Source: Octopus vulgaris (lineage: Eukaryota). Taken from it: DNA of 64,000 nucleotides. Made by a program: the position numbers and the translations under genes. Every line of letters starts with the position of its first letter. Position 1 is the first letter of the stretch. Below, piece after piece: positions 52,480-64,000 of the stretch. The notes under the pieces are model-generated. The model saw only the letters and a list, made by a program, of their open reading frames with translations. It was not told the DNA's origin and ran no database searches. The stretch lies in NCBI GenBank assembly GCA_951406725.2, contig OX597815.1, positions 122,698,001-122,762,000 of the forward strand, read 5' to 3'.

Positions 52480-53030
52480 AATAGCGTTCATGACCTTTGC
52501 AGACCTTCCCAAGTTGATGAGATTAATGTGACTAATGTTTAACTCAAACATCTGCTGGAAAAAATTGTTGGCAGGGTGGTAATTTGAGAAGGAAGGACTG
52601 AGGAAAGTATTTAATACGTGGGATTATAAGGTGAGATTTAGTATAGGTAACAGGAAGAGGAGGAGAAATAAGTGTTTGTGAGTGGCAAGAGTGTAAGAAA
52701 TTAGCTAGTTGAAAAGAGAAGAAGCTGTTGTAGTAGTGATATAAGAGGCAGAGAGAAGAAGCATGTAGGTGACTGAATCTTTGCCAATCAGTAAGACAGG
52801 CTTCTTGTGGATGCAGTCTGGGATGTTTGCATGTAGCAGCCACACTATTCCATAAATATTAATGGTACTCTAATGTGGGTTTTTCTTGTGCTGAAGTATT
52901 CCTTGACTCTAAGAATCCTAAACTTTGTGATGTAGTTTTAGTATCCTTATGTATGTGGAGTTGCCACAAAATACCAAAGATTGTGAAATGTAGCATTTAC
53001 AGTAACTTTAGGAGTCAGGAGAAGAGAAAT
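52480..53030 (-). mobile_element. CR1/Jockey-like LINE relic
   Basis: HLHASSLCLLYHYY resembles the HRR.VASL.LFYRYY RT C-terminal motif. Confidence 0.5.
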
Positions 53031-53267
53031 AACTTGATTCTATGATTTTCTCAAGAGAAAGTAGCAACATATCAAAAAAATTTTTTTTTTAATTCTAACC
53101 ACGTATTAAAGCTTAATTGCATACTCAGGTAGCCAGCCAAGAATTTACCTCTATTCTGTGGTTCTTGACAGAATTATGCGATGCATAAAATCTTCAGCAT
53201 AAAAATAAATATTTACAATGGAAAATCAGAAGTCTGCATTAAATCTGCACATATTGTATCATAAATG

Positions 53268-54340
53268 TATTTGTGGTCTGCTCAAAAGAAACCAGACTTT
53301 AAAAAAACAACAAATTTATTGCTTTACTTACAATTTAATCAGCCTTGCTCCTTCAAAATAATTCCCTTCATTGTTGCCTTCAGATCCTTGGAAGCAGTAT
53401 TAAAAATACCACTTTTAATGATTTTATCAAGTCCTAGAATGCTTTTTATAGATGGTACAGATGTCTTGCAGCAAATTTTCTTTGAATTCTATTGTCTGAA
53501 ATCAGCAACATTTCTGCACAGATTTCAAGTCTGCAAGGATTAAATCTGGAGTATAAAATGGCTTGGGGGTGAGTTGTTTTGGACTTTACCATGAAGTCAC
53601 AAATAAGGAGTAATGCATGAGTGGATGCTTTGTGGTTGGTGCAGCATCCAGGTTTTTTTTTTTTAATCATGTATCAGGCTTCTTTTAAACCCCTGTCAAA
53701 TTCTTTATTGACTGTCTCACTGGATAGAACAACCTCATGCCCTTTCAAACATGGTAATCAATATCACCTTCACATCTAATCAACTCTGATGACTCTTTAT
53801 GGCTGCAGCAACAATAATCTTTTTGTTTTGACACCATAAATGTACACTCATGTCTTATGATTTTCCATGACACTTTTCAGAAAGTTTTCATCGGTATTTG
53901 AACACTCAAACAGATCTATGACTTGATTCTCTCTCTCTCTTTCTCTCCCCTCCACCAACTCTCTCTTTTTGTTCATCTGTCATCAATTTTTCTTTTAAAA
54001 TCATGTGGCAGAACATTTTATAGATTTCAACTTCTCCAAAAACTTCAGGGATTTTCAGGCAATTATTTTCTTGGAACACAACACATTCTTTCATAATATT
54101 ATCATTGCATGTAGTTGCAAAGAGTTGTCCAGATCTGAGACGATATTTGGAGGAAGACCCTTTCAGTTTAAAATGCTGATACCTCTCATGACATTGTATG
54201 GTTCAAACAACCCTCTCCCAGAGGCTCATTACAACATTAATTAAATCTCCATAAAAGTTTGTCCCAATTTCAAACAGAATTTCAAGTAAACAAGTTGATT
54301 TTCTAAATCTTTCCTCATTCAACTCCTGACAAATCATGAG
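53268..54340 (-). mobile_element. Highly decayed mariner element
   Basis: Relics LKFCLKLGQ, ETVNKEF, YSPDL-like, NYFEG. Confidence 0.6.
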
Positions 54341-54411
54341 GACATCAACAGGACTATAGGTGCAGGAATGGTTGTGTGGTAAGAATAGGTGTAGGAATGG
54401 TTGAGCTGTAA

Positions 54412-54641
54412 GGTGGCAAGCTGGCAGAAACGTTAGCACGCCAGGCGAAATGCTTAGCGGTATTTCGTTTGCCGCTACGTTCTGAGTTCAAATTCCGCCG
54501 AGGTCGACTTTGCTTTTCATCCTTTCAGGGTCGATTAAATAAGTACCAGTTATGTACTGGGGTCGATATAATCGACTTAATCCGTTTGTCTGTCCTTGTT
54601 TGTCCCCTCTGTGTGTAGCCCCTTGTGGGCAGTAAAGAAAT
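54412..54641 (+). mobile_element. tRNA-derived SINE family B
   Basis: B-box GAGTTCAAATTCC, conserved core TTTCATCCTTT...AAGTACCAG. Other copies at ~4655-4850, 9850-10050, 28035-28250, 58700-58912, 60444-60585, 62950-63140. Confidence 0.8.
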
Positions 54642-55303
54642 AAGAATAGGTGTAGGAATGGTTGGGTGGTAAGAATAGGTGCAGGAATGGTTGTGTGCTA
54701 AGAATAGGCATAGGAGTGGCTGTGTGGTAAGAATAGGTGCAGGAACGGTCGTGTGGTAAGAATAGGTGCAGGAGTGGCTGTGTGGTAAGAAGCTTGCTTC
54801 CCAACCACATGGTTCTGGGTTCAGTCCCACTGCGTGGCACCTTGGGCAAGTGCCTTCTTCTATAGCTTCAGGCCAACCAAAGCCTTGTGAGTGGATTTGG
54901 TAGACAGAAACTGTAATAAGCCCGTCATATATATGTGTGTGTGTGTGCGTGTATGCATGTATGTATTTGTGTCTCTGTGTTTGTCCACCTCCGTCATCAC
55001 CTGACAAGTGATGTTGGTGTTTTACGTCCCTGTAACTTGGTGTTTCAACAAAAGAGACCGATAGAATAAGTACTAGGCTTACACAGAATATGTCCTGGTG
55101 TTGATTTGTCTGACTAAAGGCAGTACTCCAGCATAGCTGCAGTCAAATGACTGAAACAAGTAGAAGAATAAAAGAAGAAACCAACACTGATTGTCGAGCA
55201 GTTTTGGTAAAATGCAAACATGCACTCACTTACATACTCACATACATGTTTATGTGTGAGTGATGGGTGTCTAAATGTAAAAGTATGGATATATATATAC
55301 ATA

Positions 55304-55692
55304 CGAGCAAAACGCCCCCACCCCCCGTCCATTGGACGGTGCTGAGTTGTCAAACATTTAAACCAAATTTTCTCAAAACAACTTGTCTGACCGTCCCATA
55401 GGCCTCCCCTTTAAGAAACACTGATTTCACCTAAATTTGAGACACCAGCAAAAGAAGAAATAAAGATAGAGTTTTTTTCTATTCCAAGAAAAACGATTTT
55501 ACGAATGCACGTTCCCATGGCTTTATCGATCGCATTCTCACCTGGAAACGATTTTTGTAATTTTTTCAAGACTTATACATGCCCTGATACTGTCGGTATC
55601 TACATATCAAATTTGAGTGCAATCAGATGGAGGATGCCCGAGATCCTAGAAGACACACACACAGACAGACAGAACAGATTTTATATAATAGA
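55304..55692 (-). mobile_element. Non-autonomous Helitron
   Basis: 5' TCTATTATATAAAA...CTGTCTGTCTGT; 3' hairpin CCGTCC-AAT-GGACGG, then CTCG|T. Confidence 0.6.
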
Positions 55693-55734
55693 AAATGTAT
55701 ACATGTACTTTCACACACACACAAGCACACACAC

Positions 55735-57465
55735 ATTAAATCAGCAATGCTACATGGTAATTGGATGCGAATCATGAATGCAGAAGACATGCAAAGACTA
55801 GAAATGTATGAAGCCACTATGCTCTGTTGGATGTGCAATGTACGACAAAGTGCAAATGTGTTAGGAGAAAAATTAGGTATAAGAAGAATCAGACGGTACT
55901 GGAAAGAGAGAAGATTATGCTGGTTTGGTCATGTGATATATACAAATGAGAATAGCTGTATAAAGACATACTGACTGCTTTAAGTAGATAGAACATGTGG
56001 AAAAGGGAAATCCAGTAAACCATGGAACAATGTAGTGAAGGTGCATCTCAAGATATTGAGCTGCATGGAGGAGACAACAAAAGACTAAGATGATTAGCAA
56101 TTCACTGTACTCAAGAAGACCTGTCTGTCATAGCAAAACTGAGGTCCTAAAAGCATTATGTTTAGGTCTGTATATGCTAGTCCTAGCCTCTGTACCCAGT
56201 CTTCCCCTGTCAAGTATTCCCCACATCTCATCTTCTTAAAACTCATCCTTCCATCACTCTGCTAATCAATACATATTTCATCCCCCTTTTTATGCTACCT
56301 GTTACTTCCTTTTTTCCTCTAAAACTACTTCCTCTTAAGATCCATCCCTCAGTCTTATTACCATCCCTTCACATTATTTTCTACTGATCACTTCTTTTCT
56401 GTATCCTCAGTTGTCTTTCCTTCACTTCTGAGCTTCATCTCATATCAGCCATACCTCATTTTCAGCAACTCTCATATCTGCTATCATTCTCAACATCTCA
56501 TATCTATCATCAATTCTCCCTCTTCCACTGTTGTCACCTCACTCACTACAGCCACCCTTATGTACCTGTGATCCCTATCTCAGTCACTACATCTCCCCTA
56601 ATACACTCATACACCCTGCACATGATCTCCTTACACTCTGATCTATCTACAGGTTTATGATACAACTGTTCTCTGCCTTTTTTTGTGCAGCTGCTGGTCA
56701 CTTCCTCTTTCTCTCACCTTTCCTGCCTCTTTACTGATATTTACCATGAACCACACATCTACCATTGTTCATCACTCACTACATTCACCTCTACCACCAC
56801 TCAATCTCTATCATTTTCCTCTCACACTCTCATGAAATTATCCACTCTCTCCCTTCCCCTTGATCCACTATATTTTTAGTGCACCTTCTTGTTCCTTGAG
56901 ATTTCGCTCTGGCCACCACCATCTTTATATTATATTCTTTCTAGCTATTGTCATCCACCCTTGTATAATGTAGAGTATCCATGTATCACTTCTGTAGCAA
57001 GACTTCTGTGCTAGTCTCTCAATTATATTTTAGCCCTCAATATCTGACAGAAAGCCACCTCCTCCTGTCTCAAATGCACACCCGTTCAGGCAAGGAAGAT
57101 TTTATTCCTATTTTTTCTGGCTACCCTATATGACTGTGCTTGTCGGCTCTATCATACCTTTGCCTTCAACATCAGGCACAAAGCCACCTCCCCTTTCTCA
57201 AATATACTCCCACTCAGTTGAGGGATTTTTCCCCTTTCTTTTACTGTCATTTTGTTTTGTCTTGCAAGTTACTGTGTAACCCCACTAGTTCTGGTGCAAT
57301 GAAAAGCATACCCAGTACACACTATAAGGTGGTTGGCATTAGGAAGGGCATCCAGCTGTAGAAACCACGCCAAAGTTGATAGTGGAGCTTGATACAGACT
57401 TGTGGCTTGGTAGATCTTGCTAAATTATCTAACCCACACCAGCAGGGAAATCAGATGTGATGGTG
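55735..57465 (+). mobile_element. RTE LINE 3' fragment with long 3' UTR
   Basis: MLCWMCNV...RRLCWFGHV; the same GGCATTAGGAAGGGCATCCAGCTGTAG motif near 57335. Confidence 0.7.
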
Positions 57466-60400
57466 ATATACACATTGATATACATGTGTGATCTAGATCA
57501 ATGGCTCTCAACCAAGGGCCATATAAAATTTGGTGGGTGGGGTGGGGGCATGCAAGCAAAATAGTAAATTGGGGATCCACAGTTGAAGTTTAAGGGTTTA
57601 AGGGTTCATGAAAATGTTTGGTTATGATGTATTTATTACAAAAAAAAAGTAGGTTTCTTTCTCTAACTTTTTACATAGTTTAACATGTTTCCAGCTACTG
57701 AAACATATTCTGTCAGAGAGTGCTAATGCAGATCTACACAAGTTAATATGTGAAAAACAAAATAGGAATTTTGAAAGAAGTATCTTAAAAAACTACCTTT
57801 TTTTTTTAACATCAAATGGTTATGGTTGGGTTCACCAGAATAAAATAGTAATCAAAGGGGCCCATTTGGTAAAAAATGGTTGATCAAGATCTGATCAAGA
57901 TAAACTGTTAATGTAATTTTATTCAAATTTTTTAACAAATTTTCTAAACTCATAAGTACATGCATCTAAAAAATATGATGCATAACAAAACAAATTTTTC
58001 TGATATAAAAAAGTTATAAAACAAAAAATTCCTTTTTTTTTTTTTTTTACTCATGAATATTGTATTGCTGGTGTTAGTCTGTTCAAAACTATTTACCATA
58101 TTATAAACAAGGGCAGCAACATTCTATAACCTCAAACCTTATCTATTTTTATCATAGAACTTTATCTATCTGTTGAATTGAAAATAAACTGCTTTTAAAT
58201 GAATGTGTTTAAGTTATTTATTATTAATTAGTCAGTTAGTTAACTATGTCTATATACTTCTATAAACTGTAGAATTTATTTAACTTTTAAAATAACTAAA
58301 TATAATAAGAAACATTTTCTATCTGCTGAGTTCTCCACTTCACCTCACCTGCTAAAATTATTTGCAGCAAGTCTGCAGTAGAAATCAAGCTATTCTAGCA
58401 GAAGAGGAAACTAGAGATGATAAGGCTGGCAAGAATTTGTGTGTTGTAAAGTGTATTACCATTCCTTAAATACCTAATCTGATAAAAATAAAAATGAGAA
58501 GGAAGCAAATTTAACAGCGTTATCAACAACTATAGGAGATTTTTCTTAAAACCTTATCTATTCGCTAAGTATTCTTCAATATTAGTATATGTGTAGTATT
58601 AATGAAACATATTAATTATTGCATTTAATTCATCTCCACCTAATTATACATGTGTGAATAGAAATATTGCTAGATATACCAGAGCAATATCTATGTAATT
58701 TCTTAAACTGGCACAAGGCCATACATATTAGGCTGGAGGAGAACAGTTGATTATTTTGGTCCCCAGTACAGGTCTGGTCCTTTATTTTATTAACCTCAGA
58801 AGGATGAAAAGCAGAGTTGAACTTGACAGGATTTGAACTCAGAGTGTAAAGAGCAGGAGCAAATACCACAAGGTATTTTTGACATTTAAACAATGCTGCC
58901 AATCTGCCACCTTAATGTCTATTGTAGACTGCACTACTTGTGTTTAGTTCTAACATCTGTCATCACCGTCATCATCATTTCAACATCCATTTTCTCATGC
59001 TTACATGGGTCATACAGAGTTTATTGAGGCTGATTTTCTATAGCGAGATGCTCTTCATGTCACCAACTCTTACCTGTTTCCAAGCAAGGTGATATTTTCC
59101 CCATGGCCAGACATGTTTTCACAGAATATCAAAAATGGATGACAATGCATATATAACAGACACTCTTTTACAAATAACACAATATGTCAAGACAAGGAAA
59201 CACAAATATACACACTCACACATACATATATAAGACGAGATTCTTTCATTTTCCATCTGCCCTATTCACTCACAAGATTTTTGTTGGCCGAGGGCTAGAG
59301 TAGAAGACACTTGCTCAAGATGCCATGCAGTGGGACTGAACCTGAAACCATGTGGTTGGGAAGTAAACTTCTCAACCACACTGCCACACCTGCACCTATT
59401 TTGCAATATATTTGACTCCACACATAGTTTTAAGTCCCTCGATCAGTGAAAGGTCTGTTATTATTCTAAAACTTGCTCTAAAATAATAATTTCAATTCCA
59501 CATTTAGTATTTGTTTACTCCACTTTCTACAATTTGCATTGCAGTTTCTCATGTGTTATTAAATTTTGGAGACATTCCATGCTAAGTCAAATGCTCTTAC
59601 AACCCTCCATATTCCAATTCTTTAAATCTTTACATGTTATAAAAGCTTTGAGCAAAAATGCCCTTGAAAAAATTGGTTTTACTTGTTCAGTCATTGGACT
59701 GTAAGCATGCTGGGGCACCGTCCTGAGGGGTTGTAGTTGGACATATTAACCCCAGTACTTACTTGTTTTGAAGTCTGGCACTTATTCTATCAGTCTCTTT
59801 TGATGAACCACTAAGTTATGGGATGAAAACAAACCAAGACTGGTTGTCAAGTAGTGGTGAAGAGACAGCTACAGACACTAGCACACACATATATACATGG
59901 TGGTTGTGAGAAAAGTGGAAAATTCATGAAATGCAAATTTATATTTTCACCAGATCTCTTTGAGGTAAACAATAAGCACCACAAAGCGTGATATCATATT
60001 AACACTCACAAATGTTCAAAATGTTTTCCATGAACTTTGTGACAGTTTTTTAATCAAGAAATCCAAGCTCGTGTGGCATTTTGAAGTGTAACTTGAGGGA
60101 TATCATTCCAAGCTTTCATCAAGCACATTTTCAATTCATCAATGACAGTTATATGGCATGCTTGTTATGATTACACGCTCATTCGATAACAGAAACCACC
60201 TATCACAGTTTATTGATGATCTAATTAATGCTTGCTAGTTTTGCCTTCAAATTTTCTGCTTTTCTAGCGACCATCCTGTATATAGTGCAGGCATGGCTTT
60301 GTGGTAAGAAGTTTACTTCTCAACCACATGGTTCTGAGTTCAGTCCCACTACATGGCATCTTGGGCAAGTGTCTTTTGCTACAGCCTCAGGCTGACTAAA

Positions 60401-63400
60401 GTCTTGTGAGTGGATTTAGTAGACAGAAACTGAAAGAAGCCAAAGGCAGTGAGCTGGCAGAAACATAAGCACACTAGGCGAAATGCTTAGCGGTATTTCG
60501 TCTGCTGCTACGTTCTGAATTTAAATTCCACCAAGCTCGACTTTGCCTTTCATCCTTTCAGTGTTGATTAAATAAGTACCAGTTATTGGTTGCAAAACAA
60601 GTTTCTTAACCATACAGCCAGACTTGAACCTATAAATATAAATATTCAGGACTTTTTGAATATACTATGGGCTGAACTACAATTAGTGTTTCACCTAATG
60701 AGTTACTATCATGTTACAATTAATGTTAGGATTAACATTACATTAATCAGTAACCTTGATGTTATAAGCCTATTCAAGCAGACTTTTGACATAAAGGTAG
60801 GTGATTAAATGTAACTTTATCCAATTTCTATAATAAAAGAAATACTGTTACAAAGTGCATTAGAAATGGTGAAGGAAGAAGTTATGAATACACGGACAAG
60901 TATACACAAACATACTTGAACATATACAAACATAAAAACAGTGAATTCATTGTTATTTGAGGTATAGAATTCACATCAGTCTATATGAGACTCTGTAACA
61001 CTGTCTATGCACCAACTGACTGTATAGTATTGGATGTTTGCTCCTTCCCTACCGTGCTTCACCTCTAATTCCATTCTGCACATACATACACATATAAATG
61101 TACACAGACCCACCACCACCGCATCACTAAATATGAGCTAATGAGGGAGGCCTATACATGGTTGTTACCTTAGTAAAAATAGCAGCTGAATCCATTTCAA
61201 ATCATACCTTACTTTTTTTTTTTGGAAAAAGGACACATAGGAGAATGTAATCTTAGATAGAATGGGCATGTGTGGAATGCCTTTTGATCATAAATCTGCT
61301 CAATCAGGTTTAACCTGATTCAGAGTTAAGCTATAGACTACAACAACATCACAAAATTTTCCCAAATCACACCTGCCATCTTAGATAAAGAAATGAAAAG
61401 CATGCTTATGAGGGTAAGAAGTTCACTTTGCAACCATGAGATTATAGTTCAGTCCTACTGCTTGGCACCTTCTGAGTGAATTTAATAGAGGGAAACTGTG
61501 TGGAATCCTGTTTATATATAAGAATGCATGTATGGGTGTCTTTGTGTTTGTCTCCCACCACTACTTGATAACCAGTGTTGGTTTGTTTACAGCCCTGTAA
61601 CTTAGAAGTTTGGTAGAAAGATCAATAGAATAAGTCCCAGACTTGAAATTAAATAGTTGGGGTTGATCTGTTTGAGTAAAAACCCTTCAAGGTAGTACCC
61701 CAGCATGGTTGCAGCTCAATGACCGATACAATTACAAAATAAAAGATAAAGATGATGTAGACCTATATATCCCCCAAAAAGACAGGATGGTCCTGGTTGG
61801 ATTGTTGTTGCTTATAACTGTTTGATCAGAGCAGACAAGGAGCAACAAAAACATTACAAATATAAGTACTTTAATAATAATTTTTTTTTTCCAATGTAGA
61901 GTATCTGATCCTAATAAATGGATTACAATCCCATAATGATGTCACCTAAATATGGAACAGATTTTTTCCTTATGAGTCTGTTTATAAATGATGTCTGAAA
62001 CACATTGAGAGTTATTCTGGAGAGGGCTTTTCATATTTATTTATTTATAATTTCTTAAATCAATGCATTCTGTGAAATATCAACTCTTTTACTTTTTTTT
62101 ACTTGTTTCAGTCATGGGAGTGTGACCATGCTGGGGGCACTATATTGAAGGGTTTAGCCAAAATAAACCCCAGTACTTATTTTCTATGCCTGGTATTTGT
62201 GCCGTCAATCTCTTTTGGCAAACCACTAAGAGCAGCACTAGTTGTCAAGCATTGGGGGACAAACATGAAGACACACACACAAGTTGAGGCTTCCACACAA
62301 TTTTCATCTACCAAATCCACTCACAAAGCATTGGTCAGCCTAGGGTTATAGTTAGAAGATGCTTGCCCGAGGTGCCACACAGAGTCAGAAGAAATGCAAC
62401 TATGCATTTTGTCTGGCATACTAACAATTCTACCAGCTCACCACTTTAATAATAATAATAATAATTATTATTATTATTATTTTTGTTAGCCACAGGAGTA
62501 TGGACAAGGGGGACATCACAAGGGCAGACAACAGTTGTGTGGGGATTTATATAAAGGATGTGGAAGAAAAATGGAAAAGACAATGGAATACAATAAAAGT
62601 ATACATATATAAAGTATGTGACAATATGAATGATGCAGTGCTCCTGATACAGGAGAAACTTCAACTAGGCCCAATCAAGGAATCTCACAGATCCAGGATT
62701 ACATTGACCACCAAAGACATGAACTCTCTCCCAACTGTTGCTCTCAAATGTACCGGCACCAGCTCATAGTAGGGTCATTTATCTAACCATTTTCCCCACA
62801 GTCTCCATCTTTTCACTGGGAGGTAGCACTTCCCTCTCTACACTCTTTTTAAAAAGTCAATAAGGGCTTGACCAAAGAGGAAGGTATCTTTCCTCAATCC
62901 TTTCATTCTTGTCCACCACACAACTTCTTTTGCTATAGCCCTTTCTAATTTTAGTACAAGGCCAGCCATTTTGAGGGGAAGGGCAAGTCAGTTACAAGGA
63001 CCCGAGTACTTGACTGATACTTCACTTTATCAACACTGAAAGGATGAAAAGCAATGATGGCTTCAATCACATTTGAACGCAAACATAAAGAGCCAGGAGA
63101 AATACCACTAAACTTTTTTTCCAACATGCAACCGATTCTGCAAATAATAATAATAATAATAATGTAGTTCTTTTTTACATACATTTTAACAAAGCATATC
63201 TAAGATTCATTGAATAACGTAGTCCCAGATAAACTGAGGCTGAAAAAATGATGGGATGGAACATCTTTGATGATAGGTTTTCTATATCAAATTTGACCTG
63301 AGCTAAATAACAGCAAAGTGCTGTTATCCTCATTAACCCCAGAGTTTAACACTAGCAGAGATGAAAATAAGTAACAAACAGTCCATTTAAGGTCACCTTT

Positions 63401-63608
63401 GCTTGTCTCTGCTATGCCTACCACTAGAAAGAACTAAGATGTACATGGCTAGTTTAGACAGAGTAGGAAACTCAATTGAGTGCAAAGAGACAATAAGGTA
63501 ACGCCGTTAGTAGGAGAAGTTGGGAAGGTGAAAGGGGAGAGTAGTGTGTAGTCTCGGAAAGAAACAGGGAATGCTAAGCTAAGAGGAGTTAGTATAGGTA
63601 TGAGTTAA

Positions 63609-63828
63609 CCCTTTTGTTACCAACCCGGCTGAAATCGGCTCTGGTTCTGAGTACTAATGTCTTGTTTTCATAAGTTTTGAATTAAAATCTTTCACCAAAC
63701 CTTAGTCATAATTTATGTTTCTAACACTAGCTGAATGATAAATAAGTTATTTTACTAAATTCTTTGTTATATTTAAAGTAATTGAAAGAAACACAGAGCA
63801 CCTCAAAATAAATACAGTAACGAAAGGG
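63609..63828. mobile_element. piggyBac MITE
   Basis: TTAA|CCCTTTTGTTAC ... GTAACGAAAGGG|TTAA. Confidence 0.88.
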
Positions 63829-64000
63829 TTAAGGCACTTGTGAACATGACAGGTGGAATGAATGGAGTAGGAAACTCAATATTCCCAGACTGTTATTCTG
63901 CTCTTCATTTAATAAATCATATTCAGTATGTACCCAGGGTGAATATTAAACTTTTGCCTGTCCAAACCAATTTCATAAGTTTGTCCTAAATGTCCATGTT

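Overview
AT-rich, repeat-dense eukaryotic DNA. The SINE families, microsatellites and gene structure suggest an octopus or another coleoid cephalopod (inference). The minus strand from 37015 to 1051 holds the first 15 coding exons (803 codons, all GT-AG, continuous frame) of a large spectrin-repeat protein whose N-terminus closely resembles CCDC141/zormin. The gene runs off the left edge and may be the 5' end of a titin/sallimus/kettin-like locus. Its promoter has TATA, Inr, a perfect CArG box and E-boxes. Intron 3 contains an ~0.85 kb-arm fold-back of a decayed Tc1/mariner element, with a chimeric Helitron inserted precisely into one arm. Upstream lie two CRE-clade non-LTR retrotransposon copies (one split by an RTE carrying a PHD-like finger inside its RT), mariner relics, piggyBac/hAT/Tc1 MITEs, Penelope fragments with minimal hammerhead-like motifs, and many tRNA-derived SINEs. 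No prokaryotic features are present.
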